Assembly (NCBI GenBank): GCA_964408805.1
Contig: CAYPAV010000001.1
Location: 606,024-670,023 of the forward strand
Direction of reading: 5' to 3'
DNA from: an uncultured Rhodospirillaceae bacterium
GTDB lineage: Bacteria; Pseudomonadota; Alphaproteobacteria; UBA8366
DNA length: 64,000 bases
The translations under genes and the position numbers were made by a program. Below, piece by piece: positions 1-9,355 of the stretch (the stretch's first letter is position 1; each line of letters begins with the position of its first letter). Below the pieces are notes generated by a model. It did not search any database, had not been told where the DNA came from, and was given only the letters and a program-made list of their open reading frames with translations.

Positions 1-102
1 TCGCCGTCTCGGCCCTCCTCGAAACCTTCGACGCATTCGCTTACCACCATCCATGCTGGTGGGGTATCGTGGGCGGGTCTATTGGAATGTTTCGCGGATC
101 GG

Positions 103-171
103 AAAAAAACTGTGCATAAGAAGTCCAACCTCGCACATTGGGCACACAATTTTTCCACATTCTTTTCCACA
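103..171. promoter_or_regulatory. Cluster of DnaA-box-like 9-mers (consensus TTWTNCACA) with an A7 tract, in the non-coding region upstream of sdhC
   Basis: TGTGCATAA at 111-119 (reverse complement TTATGCACA). TTTTCCACA at 151-159 and again at 163-171. A7 tract at 103-109. A degenerate CTTTCCACG lies at 311-319, outside this span. Confidence 0.45.
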
Positions 172-457
172 ATGGCGTTGATTCAAGGTGTTAGCGGCGT
201 GCTGGCTCCTTGTTGGCGGACCTCCTAGTGGGCCTCGGTCACGCATAAATGCACCCACGGAGGCGCCCGGGGGACTTGTCGGCGCCTTGAGAGGGCGACT
301 CGGGACAAATCTTTCCACGATGACTGGTCAATGGACGCGCCCGGCGCGGCATTTGACTATATAAGTAAAGCGGGCTAAGCCAGAAACACGGTGTTTCGGT
401 CGCGATTCATCATGGGCGTGCTCCGGGGTGATATCGACCGCGACGTAACCGGGGGCA

Positions 458-868
458 ATGGACGAGGGTCAGATGTCGACACATGAAAGACCGCTGTCGC
501 CGCATCTCCAAATCTACAAGTGGGAATGGACGATGCTGCTGTCGATCCTGCATCGAGCGACCGGCGTGGCGCTCGCGGTGGGGACGTTGTTGCTTGTCGG
601 GTGGCTGCTGGCACTCGCCGAAGGGGCCGACCGCTACGGTGCCTATCAGGCCTTCATCGGGTCGTGGTTCGGCCGTCTGCTTCTCTTCGGCTGGACCGGA
701 TCGTTGTTCTATCACCTCTGCAACGGGATTCGCCATCTCGTCTGGGATACCGGCCGCGGCTACGAACTGCCGACGGCGGCGGCCTCGGGCTATATCGTGC
801 TGGCGGGCTCGATCGCGCTGACGGTCATCGCCTGGATTTGGGCCTATTCTACCGTGGGAGCGATGTGA
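458..868 (+). CDS. sdhC: Succinate dehydrogenase cytochrome b556 subunit
   Basis: Track ORF of 136 aa with the N-terminal RPLSPHLQIYKW signature followed by hydrophobic helices. It is first in the sdhCDAB order. ATG at 473 is an alternative start. Confidence 0.9.
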   Translation: MDEGQMSTHERPLSPHLQIYKWEWTMLLSILHRATGVALAVGTLLLVGWLLALAEGADRYGAYQAFIGSWFGRLLLFGWTGSLFYHLCNGIRHLVWDTGRGYELPTAAASGYIVLAGSIALTVIAWIWAYSTVGAM

Positions 869-1248
869 TGAGCCTGCAATCTCCGATCGGCCGGGTTCGC
901 GGGCTTGGATCCGCGAAGAACGGAACGCATCATTGGTGGGTCCAGCGCATTACCGCGGTAGCGCTTGTGCCGCTTTGTCTTTGGTTCGTCGTCGGTCTGA
1001 TCTCCCTGACCGGCGCCGATTACGCATCGGCGACGACCTGGATCAGATCGCCCTTCAATTCCGTGCTGCTGTTGTTGTTGATCGTCGCGATGTTCCATCA
1101 CTCGCAGTTGGGACTTCAGGTCGTCATCGAGGATTACGTCCATCACGAGGGCGCCAAGCTCGTCCTGATGATCGGACAGAAGCTGTTGAACTTCGCGCTT
1201 GCCGTCGCCGCGGCCTTCGCGGTGCTCAAGATCGCGCTGGGAGGGTAA
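868..1248 (+). CDS. sdhD: Succinate dehydrogenase hydrophobic membrane anchor subunit
   Basis: Internal ATG at 868 of track ORF 520..1248 overlaps the sdhC stop (TGA 866-868). The 126-aa hydrophobic product starts [27 protein letters not shown]. It sits between sdhC and sdhA. Confidence 0.85.
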   Translation: MSLQSPIGRVRGLGSAKNGTHHWWVQRITAVALVPLCLWFVVGLISLTGADYASATTWIRSPFNSVLLLLLIVAMFHHSQLGLQVVIEDYVHHEGAKLVLMIGQKLLNFALAVAAAFAVLKIALGG

Positions 1249-1252
1249 CGGG

Positions 1253-3040
1253 ATGGCCGAGGGATACACGATCATCGATCATGCCTACGACGTTGTCGTC
1301 GTCGGGGCCGGGGGTGCTGGATTGCGCGCAACGGTCGGGTTGGCCGAGGCGGGGCTGAAGACCGCCTGCGTCACCAAGGTTTTCCCCACGCGAAGCCATA
1401 CGGTGGCCGCCCAGGGCGGCGTTTCGGCCGCGCTCGGCAATATGGGCGAGGACGACTGGCGCTGGCACATGTATGACACGGTCAAGGGCTCGGACTGGCT
1501 CGGCGATCAGGACTCGATCGAATATATGTGCCGCGAGGCGATGCCGGCGATTGTCGAGTTGGAACATTACGGCGTGCCCTTCAGCCGCACGGAGGAGGGC
1601 AAGATCTATCAGCGCCCCTTCGGCGGCATGACCACGAATTACGGCGAGGGCATCGCCCAACGGACCTGTGCCGCGGCCGATCGCACCGGCCATGCCATGC
1701 TGCACGCGCTCTACCAGCAGTCGCTCAAGCACAAGGTCGAGTTCTTCATCGAGTATTTCGCGACCGACCTGATCATGGATGACGACGGTACGTGCCGCGG
1801 CATTATTGCGTGGGATCTCGACGACGGCACCATCCACCGGTTTGCCGCCAAGATGGTGATCCTGGCGACGGGCGGTTATGGGCGGGCCTATTTCTCCTGT
1901 ACCTCGGCGCATACCTGCACCGGGGACGGCGGCGGCATGGTGCTCCGCGCCGGCTTGCCGTTGCAGGATATGGAGTTCGTGCAGTTCCATCCGACCGGCA
2001 TTTATGGTTCGGGCTGTCTGATCACCGAGGGATCGCGCGGCGAGGGCGGTTATCTGACCAATTCCGAGGGCGAACGCTTCATGGAGCGCTACGCCCCCTC
2101 GGCGAAGGACCTGGCGTCCCGCGATGTGGTCAGCCGCTCCATGACCATCGAGATCCGGGAAGGCCGCGGTGTCGGCGGCGAAAACGACCATATCCATCTC
2201 CACCTGGAGCATCTCGACCCGGCGGTGGTCGAGGAGCGTTTGCCGGGCATCTCCGAGACGGCGCGGATCTTCGCCGGCGTCGACGTGAACAAGGAGCCAA
2301 TCCCGGTCATTCCGACTTGCCACTACAACATGGGCGGCATCCCGACCAACTATCGAGGCGAGGTGCTGAACAAATCCAACGGAATCGAATCGGTCGTGCC
2401 GGGCCTGATGGCGATCGGCGAGGCGGCTTGCGTGTCGGTTCACGGCGCCAATCGCCTGGGTTCGAATTCACTCCTCGATCTGGTCGTCTTCGGCCGTTCG
2501 GCCTCGGCCCATTGCGCCGAGGCGGTCGATGCCGAGACGGCCGTTCCGGCTCTGCCGGAAGGCGGCGGCGACCAGTCGCTCGACCGGCTCGACAAGGCGC
2601 GGCATGCCAAGGGCGGTCTGCCGACGGCCGATCTCCGACTCGAAATGCAACGTGTGATGCAGAACAATTGCGCGGTATTCCGCACCGGCGAGGTTCTGAA
2701 TCAGGGCGTCGATCTGATGCAGCAGGCGATGTCGAAGCGGGGCGATATCGGGGTTTCCGATCGCTCGATGGTCTGGAATTCGGATCTGGTCGAGACGCTG
2801 GAACTCGAGAATCTGCTCTCGCAGGCGATGGTCACCATCAAGTCGGCGGCGCTCCGCGAGGAATCCCGAGGTGCCCATGCGCGCGAGGACTTCCCGGACC
2901 GCGACGACGAGACCTGGATGAAGCACTCGCTCGCCTGGTGCGACGATGCCGGCGATATCCGGGTCGACTACCGTCCGGTCGTCATGGAGACCCTGACCAA
3001 CGATGTTCAAGTCTTCCCGCCCAAGGCGCGGGTCTATTGA
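1253..3040 (+). CDS. sdhA: Succinate dehydrogenase flavoprotein subunit
   Basis: Internal ATG at 1253 of ORF 1199..3040. It has the dinucleotide-binding motif [13 protein letters not shown] and the covalent-FAD histidine context [10 protein letters not shown]. The length (595 aa) is typical. Confidence 0.97.
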   Translation: MAEGYTIIDHAYDVVVVGAGGAGLRATVGLAEAGLKTACVTKVFPTRSHTVAAQGGVSAALGNMGEDDWRWHMYDTVKGSDWLGDQDSIEYMCREAMPAIVELEHYGVPFSRTEEGKIYQRPFGGMTTNYGEGIAQRTCAAADRTGHAMLHALYQQSLKHKVEFFIEYFATDLIMDDDGTCRGIIAWDLDDGTIHRFAAKMVILATGGYGRAYFSCTSAHTCTGDGGGMVLRAGLPLQDMEFVQFHPTGIYGSGCLITEGSRGEGGYLTNSEGERFMERYAPSAKDLASRDVVSRSMTIEIREGRGVGGENDHIHLHLEHLDPAVVEERLPGISETARIFAGVDVNKEPIPVIPTCHYNMGGIPTNYRGEVLNKSNGIESVVPGLMAIGEAACVSVHGANRLGSNSLLDLVVFGRSASAHCAEAVDAETAVPALPEGGGDQSLDRLDKARHAKGGLPTADLRLEMQRVMQNNCAVFRTGEVLNQGVDLMQQAMSKRGDIGVSDRSMVWNSDLVETLELENLLSQAMVTIKSAALREESRGAHAREDFPDRDDETWMKHSLAWCDDAGDIRVDYRPVVMETLTNDVQVFPPKARVY

Positions 3041-3051
3041 GGGGACGATAG

Positions 3052-3831
3052 ATGGTCGAATTCAACCTACCCGCCAATTCCAAGGTCAAGAAGGGCAAGA
3101 CCCACAAGGCGCCCGAGGGTGCGACGCGGGTCAAGAAGTTCAACATCTATCGCTGGAACGGCGACGATGGGGAGAATCCGCGTCTCGATACCTTCGAGGT
3201 CGATCTCGACGATTGCGGGCCGATGGTTCTCGATGCGCTGATCAAGATCAAGAACGAGGTCGACGCGACGGTGACCTTCCGGCGCTCCTGCCGCGAGGGT
3301 GTTTGCGGGTCGTGCTCGATGAATATCGACGGCAATAATTCGCTGGCCTGTACGAGCTTCATCGACGACTGCAAGGGCGACGTCAATGTATATCCGCTGC
3401 CGCATTTGAATGTGGTGAAGGATCTCGTGCCGGATCTCTCGAATGCCTACGCCCAGCTCGCATCAATCGAGCCCTGGCTCAAGACCTCAGATTCAGCACC
3501 CGACCGCGAACGCCTGCAATCGCCCGACGAGCGCCGCGAGCTCGACGGACTTTACGAATGCATCCTTTGCTTCTCGTGCTCGACGAGCTGCCCGAGCTAT
3601 TGGTGGAACGAGGATAAGTATCTCGGCCCGGCGGTCCTACTGCAGGCCTATCGATGGCTCGCCGACAGCCGCGATGACCACACCGGCGAGCGGCTCGACG
3701 CGCTGGAGGATCCCTTTCGCCTCTATCGCTGCCACACCATCATGAACTGCACCAAGACCTGCCCGAAGAGCCTGAACCCGGCCAAGGCGATCGGCGAAAT
3801 AAAGAAAATGATGGTCGAACGGCAGGGTTGA
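3052..3831 (+). CDS. sdhB: Succinate dehydrogenase iron-sulfur subunit
   Basis: 259 aa with three Cys clusters: [27 protein letters not shown] and [12 protein letters not shown]. Confidence 0.97.
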   Translation: MVEFNLPANSKVKKGKTHKAPEGATRVKKFNIYRWNGDDGENPRLDTFEVDLDDCGPMVLDALIKIKNEVDATVTFRRSCREGVCGSCSMNIDGNNSLACTSFIDDCKGDVNVYPLPHLNVVKDLVPDLSNAYAQLASIEPWLKTSDSAPDRERLQSPDERRELDGLYECILCFSCSTSCPSYWWNEDKYLGPAVLLQAYRWLADSRDDHTGERLDALEDPFRLYRCHTIMNCTKTCPKSLNPAKAIGEIKKMMVERQG

Positions 3832-3929
3832 GGGTCGTTGGTCCCGTTGAATTAGTTGAATTGGGCCTTTCATGGGTCCGCCCGGCACTGTAGAAGGCCC
3901 CGCCCATTGAACGAACGGGAGTGGCCGCT

Positions 3930-4556
3930 ATGTATGTGCCGGAGAATTTCGCCGAAACCGATCGCGAGACCCAGCTCGCCGTCATCCGGGAGACCGGATG
4001 GGGGTATCTGGTCGGCGTCATCGACGATCTTCCCTATGTGACGCATCTGCCGTTCATGGTCGACGGCGCCGCCGGCCGGGAGAAACTGGTGGCGCACGTC
4101 TCGCGCCTCAATCCCCATTGGAACAGTTTCGCGGAGGGCCGGGAACAGCTCGTCGTCTTTCCGGGACCGCATGGTTATGTCTCGCCGAGCTGGTACAAGG
4201 CGAAGAAGGCGGTGCCAACCTGGAACTACGTCGCGGTGCATGTCTACGGCACGCCCCGAATCGTCGACGATCCGGAGGCCTGTTATGCGGCGCAAAAGAA
4301 CCTGGTCGACTTCCATGAATCCGGTTTGGAGCAACCCTGGCGCATGGAGGACATGCCCGAGAGCTATATCGACGGCATGCTGCGCGGGATCGTCGGCTTC
4401 GAGATCCCGATCGCTCGGATCGAGGCCAAGTTCAAGCTGAACCAAAACCGCAAGCCGGAAGACCGGAAGGGCGTGATCGCCGCTTTTGCCGCCGGTGAAC
4501 GGGAGGACTCCCGGCGCTTGGCCGAGCTGATGGCGGCGCGGGAGACGGCCGACTGA
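3930..4556 (+). CDS. FMN-binding negative transcriptional regulator, PaiB family
   Basis: Lies in ORF 3921..4556. ATG at 3930 follows GGGAG at 3916-3920. The N-terminus MYVPENFAE and overall pattern resemble PaiB-like proteins. The GTG at 3921 is possible but less likely. Confidence 0.7.
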   Translation: MYVPENFAETDRETQLAVIRETGWGYLVGVIDDLPYVTHLPFMVDGAAGREKLVAHVSRLNPHWNSFAEGREQLVVFPGPHGYVSPSWYKAKKAVPTWNYVAVHVYGTPRIVDDPEACYAAQKNLVDFHESGLEQPWRMEDMPESYIDGMLRGIVGFEIPIARIEAKFKLNQNRKPEDRKGVIAAFAAGEREDSRRLAELMAARETAD

Positions 4557-5096
4557 ATGTCGTTTGAAATTCGTGCCGAAACGATTGAAGACCGCGCCGG
4601 CATCCGCGACCTCTGCGATCTCGCCTTCGAATGCACCGACGAGGGGCGGTTGGTTGATCGTCTGCGTGACGCGGGACTGGTGATCGCATCGCTGGTCGCG
4701 GTCGAGAAAGACGCGATCATCGGCCATATCCTGTTCAGCGATCTGCCTATCGAAACCGGCGACAGCCCAATTCGCGGCGCCGCGCTAGCGCCGATGGCGG
4801 TGCGACCCGATCGGCAGAATCGCGGCATTGGCGGGGCCTTGGTCCGGGAGGGCCTGACGGTTTGCGAGGCGCAGGGAATCGCTGTGGTGGTCGTTCTCGG
4901 GCACCCGGCCTATTACCCGCGGTTCGGATTTTCGGCGGCCACCGCGGAACGGCTCGCGGCGCCCTTCGCTGGCGAGGCCTTCATGGGTTTGGAACTCTTC
5001 CCCGGTGTCCTGGACAATGTGACCGGCGTTGTTCGCTACCCCGCCGCCTTCGAGCTCGACGCGGACGGACCGCCGAAGGTGCCGGATCCCGTGTAA
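4557..5096 (+). CDS. GNAT family N-acetyltransferase
   Basis: 179 aa. The acetyl-CoA-binding region RQNRGIGGALV is typical of GNAT motif A. The ATG directly abuts the upstream stop. Confidence 0.8.
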   Translation: MSFEIRAETIEDRAGIRDLCDLAFECTDEGRLVDRLRDAGLVIASLVAVEKDAIIGHILFSDLPIETGDSPIRGAALAPMAVRPDRQNRGIGGALVREGLTVCEAQGIAVVVVLGHPAYYPRFGFSAATAERLAAPFAGEAFMGLELFPGVLDNVTGVVRYPAAFELDADGPPKVPDPV

Positions 5097-5175
5097 CGCG
5101 GTCGTGGCATCGCCGGCCTTGCCCCCGGGCGCCGCCAGCGGGATAATTCCCGCCTTCGATCTGTGGAGACATGCC

Positions 5176-5988
5176 ATGGCGGAACTTCATCTAACCGAAT
5201 CCGATTTGAAGCAGTTCGACGAAGAGGGCTGGCTTTTCTTCGAGGATGTATTCGATGCCGACGAGGTCGGCGTGATGAGCCGCGAGGCGCACAAGATCTT
5301 CGCCATGGACCGCGAGGAGGTGTTCCGCGAATCGGATGGCAAGACCGCCCGCACCGCCTTCGCCGCGCAAAACTACAACGAGGCGTTCCGGCGGCTCGGG
5401 CGTCACCCGAGGCTGGTCGAGCCGGTCAGGCAGATCCTCGACGGCGACGTCTACATGCATCAGTTCAAGGTCAACGCCAAGGCCGCCTTCAATGGCGATG
5501 TCTGGCAATGGCACCAGGACTTTGGCACCTGGACCCGCGACGATTTGATGCCCGAACCCCGGGCCATGAACATTGCTCTCTTCCTTGAGGATGTGACCGA
5601 GTTCAACGGCGCCCTGATGTTCATCCCGCGGAGCCACCAGGGCGGCGTGATCGAGGCCGGCCACGACCTGAAGACGACGAGCTATCCCTTGTGGACGATC
5701 GACGAGGAAACCATCACGAAACTGATCGCCGAGGGCGGGCTGATCTCGCCCAAGGGCAAGGCGGGCTCGGTCATCATGTTCAGCTCGAACCTGGTGCATG
5801 GCAGCCCATCCAACATGTCGCCCTTCGACCGGACGATCGTCTATCTCTCGCTCTGCCATGTCGACAATCACATCCGGCGCTTCAAGCGCGCCGAATGGAT
5901 TGCCCACCGGGACTTCGCGCCGATCGAGTGCCTGCCCGACGACTGCCTGCAGGAGTTGGTCGCGGCCGAGGCGGCGGCGGCCGAATAG
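5176..5988 (+). CDS. Fe(II)/2-oxoglutarate dioxygenase, phytanoyl-CoA dioxygenase (PhyH) family, ectoine-hydroxylase-like
   Basis: Internal ATG at 5176 of ORF 5029..5988. The stretch WQWHQDFGTWTRDDLMP resembles the EctD signature (WHSDFETWHxEDGMP). It contains an HxD pair, and a distal His lies in LVHGSPSN. Confidence 0.75.
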   Translation: MAELHLTESDLKQFDEEGWLFFEDVFDADEVGVMSREAHKIFAMDREEVFRESDGKTARTAFAAQNYNEAFRRLGRHPRLVEPVRQILDGDVYMHQFKVNAKAAFNGDVWQWHQDFGTWTRDDLMPEPRAMNIALFLEDVTEFNGALMFIPRSHQGGVIEAGHDLKTTSYPLWTIDEETITKLIAEGGLISPKGKAGSVIMFSSNLVHGSPSNMSPFDRTIVYLSLCHVDNHIRRFKRAEWIAHRDFAPIECLPDDCLQELVAAEAAAAE

Positions 5989-5997
5989 GGCGGATCG

Positions 5998-7755
5998 TCA
6001 GCGCGCCGCCAGTTCGATCGATTCGGCCAATTCCACGAGACGGATGAATTCCCGGCGATAGCCGTATGTGTCCGGTCCGAGCGCGGTCCGTGCGAGATCG
6101 GCCACCTTGGTCAGGGTCATGTCGTTCGTGTATTTGCCGCCTTTCAGGATTTGCCCGAACGCGGCGACGGCGGCGGCGAAGCGGAACTGCGGACTGGCGA
6201 CATCAAGCGACGATTTCACCGACCGCGCCTTGATCGGGAACTCGAAAAGCGTGCTCTTGGTCTCGCCCGGCGCCTTATAGCGAAGGCGCAGGAAGGCCAA
6301 TTCGGACGTATCGCCGCTGGTCGGCGCGGCGGTTCCGTACCGGAGTGGGTCGAGCCGCCGGCCCGCCCCCTCGACGAGGGCGATCTCGTATAGCGCGGTG
6401 ACGTGGTGCCCGGCCCCGATCTCACCGGCATCGACTTTATCGTTGTTGAAGTCGGCCCGTGCCAGTTGCCGGTTCTCGTATCCGATGAGGCGATATTCTG
6501 CGACCACGGCGGAATTGAACTCGATCTGCGCTTTCACGTCCTTGGCGACGATTTGAAGGGTGGCGCTGGCCTCTCGGCGGAGCACCTTCTGGGCTTCGTC
6601 GAGTTGGTCGATATAGGCATAGTTGCCGTCGCCCTTGTTGGCGAGTTGCTCCAGCAGATGGTCGTTCAGATTGCCGCCGCCGAAGCCGAGCACGGTCAAG
6701 GCCACGCCCTGCTTGCGCTCCCGCGTGATCATATCGATCAAGGCACGGAACGACGTCACGCCGACGTTGAGGTCGCCGTCGGTCGCCAGGATCACTCGGT
6801 TGATTCCGTCTTCGTTATAGGCCTTTCGGGCTTCCGCGTAGGCGAGGCGGATGCCGGCGCCGCCATTGGTGCCGCCGCCGGATTGCAGGCCCTCGATCGC
6901 GGCCAGGATCGTCGCCTTGTCCTTGAGCGGGGTCGCCGGCAAGGCCACCGTCGCCATGTTCGCGTAGGTGACGATCGCGATGCTGTCGCGGGGTGCCAGA
7001 CCGTTCACCAGGAGGCGCAGCGAGGTTTTCAGGAGCGGCAGCTTGTCCGGCGAATTCATCGAGCCCGAGACGTCGACGAGGAAGACGAGATTGGCTTTCG
7101 GCCGCTCGGCTCGGGTCGGGTCATAGGCCTTGATCCCGATCCGCAGGAGATGGGTCTTCGCGTTCCATGGCGTGGGGGCTATTTCGGTGGTCGTGGCGAA
7201 AGGGCGTCCGGGTTGGTCGGGTCCCGCATCGCCATAGTCGAAATAATTGACCAAGCCCTCGATCCGGATCGCGTCCGGTACCGGACGCCGGCCCTGCTTC
7301 AGGAAGCGGCGCATATTGGCATAGGCGCCGGTGTCGACGTCGAGGCCGAAGGTCGAGACCGGCCGTTCCAAAACGCCGCGGATCGGGTTCTCTCCGAGAT
7401 GGGCATATTTCTCGCGGTTTTCCATGTGGCCGCGATTGGGCGGAACGAGCCGTTCTTGACGCGGCGGTGCCGCCAAACCGGCATGTGAATGACGCATGGC
7501 GCTGTAAGCGACGCCGGCACCGGGCATGGCACGAGAGGGATAGACGGTCGATGGCGCGCTCTTGGCCATGGATTGGATATGTGCCGGCCGAACGACCGGT
7601 GCCGAAACGACCGGTGCCGAAACGATTGGCGCCAAAACGTCCGGGACGGACTTACTTGCATTGCCTTGTCTTTCCGGCTCGGTCTCGCAAGCGGCGAGCA
7701 CGGCCAGGGCGGCGAATGGGAAGAGAAGTTTTGGGGAACATAGGCGGGCGGGCAT
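5998..7755 (-). CDS. von Willebrand factor type A domain lipoprotein (YfbK-like)
   Basis: 585 aa. It has a signal peptide with lipobox LAVLAAC, the MIDAS motif LVDVSGSM, and the upstream VSTFGLDVDTGAY region typical of YfbK-type vWA proteins. Confidence 0.85.
   Translation of the reverse strand: MPARLCSPKLLFPFAALAVLAACETEPERQGNASKSVPDVLAPIVSAPVVSAPVVRPAHIQSMAKSAPSTVYPSRAMPGAGVAYSAMRHSHAGLAAPPRQERLVPPNRGHMENREKYAHLGENPIRGVLERPVSTFGLDVDTGAYANMRRFLKQGRRPVPDAIRIEGLVNYFDYGDAGPDQPGRPFATTTEIAPTPWNAKTHLLRIGIKAYDPTRAERPKANLVFLVDVSGSMNSPDKLPLLKTSLRLLVNGLAPRDSIAIVTYANMATVALPATPLKDKATILAAIEGLQSGGGTNGGAGIRLAYAEARKAYNEDGINRVILATDGDLNVGVTSFRALIDMITRERKQGVALTVLGFGGGNLNDHLLEQLANKGDGNYAYIDQLDEAQKVLRREASATLQIVAKDVKAQIEFNSAVVAEYRLIGYENRQLARADFNNDKVDAGEIGAGHHVTALYEIALVEGAGRRLDPLRYGTAAPTSGDTSELAFLRLRYKAPGETKSTLFEFPIKARSVKSSLDVASPQFRFAAAVAAFGQILKGGKYTNDMTLTKVADLARTALGPDTYGYRREFIRLVELAESIELAAR
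7591..7635. repeat. 15-bp tandem repeat (2 perfect copies plus 1 imperfect) inside the vWA gene
   Basis: AACGACCGGTGCCGA at 7591-7605 and 7606-7620, then AACGATTGGCGCCAA at 7621-7635. It encodes the SAPVV SAPVV segment just after the lipobox. Confidence 0.9.
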
Positions 7756-7976
7756 GAAACGGACCTCCGATGGTTCGACGACGACCCGGGTCCGCCCTCC
7801 CCGCCGATCCGGTCGGGGGCCAAGTATCGCCTTGAATATGGCGAGATCGGGGCGCCTTTGCGCCGATAGGATGAAGCGCCTCGGCCTTGAGGCGGCCGGG
7901 CGGCGGCGCTTGTCAGGCAGCGGGACGCACGGGATACTCCGGCCTTCTGTCGAATACTTGCGGGAGCCCGTTCGCC

Positions 7977-9347
7977 ATGCCGCTCCATGATCTTCTCTTG
8001 CAACGTCAGGCGGCGGCAGAGCCGATCCGCGTCGGCGTGATCGGGGCCGGCAAGTTCGGGTCCATGTTTTTGGCCCAGGCGCGCCGGACCGCCGGCCTCC
8101 ACGTCATGGCAATTGCCGAACTCTCACCCGAGCGGGCCCGCACCGCGCTCGACTATATCGGCTGGCCCGAGGCGCAATATGACGCGACCTCGTTCGAGGC
8201 GGCGCGTCAATCCGGCAAGACCCACATTACCGAAGATGCTCCGGCGATGATCGCGGCGGGTGGCATGGAGGTGATCGTCGATGCCACCGGCGTGCCGGCG
8301 GCCGGCATTCGCCACGCCCTCCTGGCGGCGGAGTACGGCCGACATATCGTCATGGTCAATGTCGAGGCCGATGTCTTGGCGGGACCGCTTTTGGCGAAAA
8401 AAGTCCAGGCGGCGGGCGGTGTCTATACGCTGGCCTATGGCGACCAGCCGGCGCTGATCTGCGAGATCGTCGATTGGGCCCGCGCCGTCGGCATGGAGGT
8501 CGTCGCCGCCGGCAAGGGTACAAAATATTTGCCGCACTTCCATGAATCCACGCCCGAGACCGTTTGGGAGCATTACAAGGCCGGCCTGACGCCCGAGGAA
8601 GCCGCGCGGGCGGGTCTGAACGCGCAGATGTTCAACTCCTTCCTCGACGGCACCAAGTCGGGGATCGAGATGGCCGCCGTCTCGAACGCGACGGGATTGA
8701 CCCCGGCGCCGCGGGGTCTCGCGTTCCCGCCTTGCGGGACGCAGGATTTGACCCATGTCTTGCGGCCCGCCACGGAGGGCGGCGCGCTCCATCACAAGGG
8801 CCAGGTGGAGGTCATCTCCAGCGAGGAGCGGGACGCCCGCACGGTGGTGAACGATCTCCGCTGGGGCGTCTTCGCGACCTTCGAGGCACCGGATGATTAC
8901 GTGCGAGAGTGTTTCGCCCAATACGGCCTCGCCCAAGGCGAGGACGCGCGATATGCGGCGATGTTCAAGCCCTATCATCTGATCGGCCTCGAACTCGGCA
9001 TCTCGGTCGCCAACGCCGCACTCCGGAGCGAGGCGACGGGCGCGCCCACAGGCTGGCGCGCGGATGTTGTCGCGACGGCCAAGCGCGATCTCTCGGCGGG
9101 CGAGATGCTGGACGGCGAGGGCGGCTACACGGTCTGGGGCAAGCTGATGCCGGCGGCCGATTCGCTGAAGATCGGCGGCTTGCCGATCGGCCTCGCCCAT
9201 GGCGTCAAGCTGAAGCGGGATTTGCCGAAAGGGGCGGATGTGGCCTGGACCGACGTCGAGATCGACGAGACCTCGGAACCCTACAAGATCCGCCGCGAAA
9301 TGGAGGACGCATTCGCCCTCTCCAACACCGCGCCGTCGCCTGGATAG
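7977..9347 (+). CDS. NAD(P)-binding oxidoreductase, homoserine-dehydrogenase-like with SAF-type C-terminal region
   Basis: Internal ATG at 7977 of ORF 7887..9347. It has an N-terminal Rossmann motif IRVGVIGAGKFGSMF. Length and pattern resemble the predicted homoserine dehydrogenase family, recognised from memory. Confidence 0.65.
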   Translation: MPLHDLLLQRQAAAEPIRVGVIGAGKFGSMFLAQARRTAGLHVMAIAELSPERARTALDYIGWPEAQYDATSFEAARQSGKTHITEDAPAMIAAGGMEVIVDATGVPAAGIRHALLAAEYGRHIVMVNVEADVLAGPLLAKKVQAAGGVYTLAYGDQPALICEIVDWARAVGMEVVAAGKGTKYLPHFHESTPETVWEHYKAGLTPEEAARAGLNAQMFNSFLDGTKSGIEMAAVSNATGLTPAPRGLAFPPCGTQDLTHVLRPATEGGALHHKGQVEVISSEERDARTVVNDLRWGVFATFEAPDDYVRECFAQYGLAQGEDARYAAMFKPYHLIGLELGISVANAALRSEATGAPTGWRADVVATAKRDLSAGEMLDGEGGYTVWGKLMPAADSLKIGGLPIGLAHGVKLKRDLPKGADVAWTDVEIDETSEPYKIRREMEDAFALSNTAPSPG

Positions 9348-9355
9348 CCGAACCC

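Noticed and set aside
1-50. Possible 5' end of a divergent minus-strand gene (ATG at 50, reading MVVSECVEGFEEGRDG...).
   Set aside because: Only 16 codons lie inside the window, too few to support a call.
79-318. A 79-aa minus-strand ORF in the sdhC upstream region.
   Set aside because: It spans the AT-rich regulatory region and has poor codon bias, no ribosome-binding site and no recognisable features.
1-457. Calling this region the chromosomal replication origin (oriC).
   Set aside because: The DnaA-box-like cluster is real, but I see no dnaA, hemE or parAB neighbour and no clear AT-rich unwinding element. The rpsP-rplS operon to the right is on the opposite strand, and GC skew cannot be computed here. 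It is reported only as a DnaA-box cluster.
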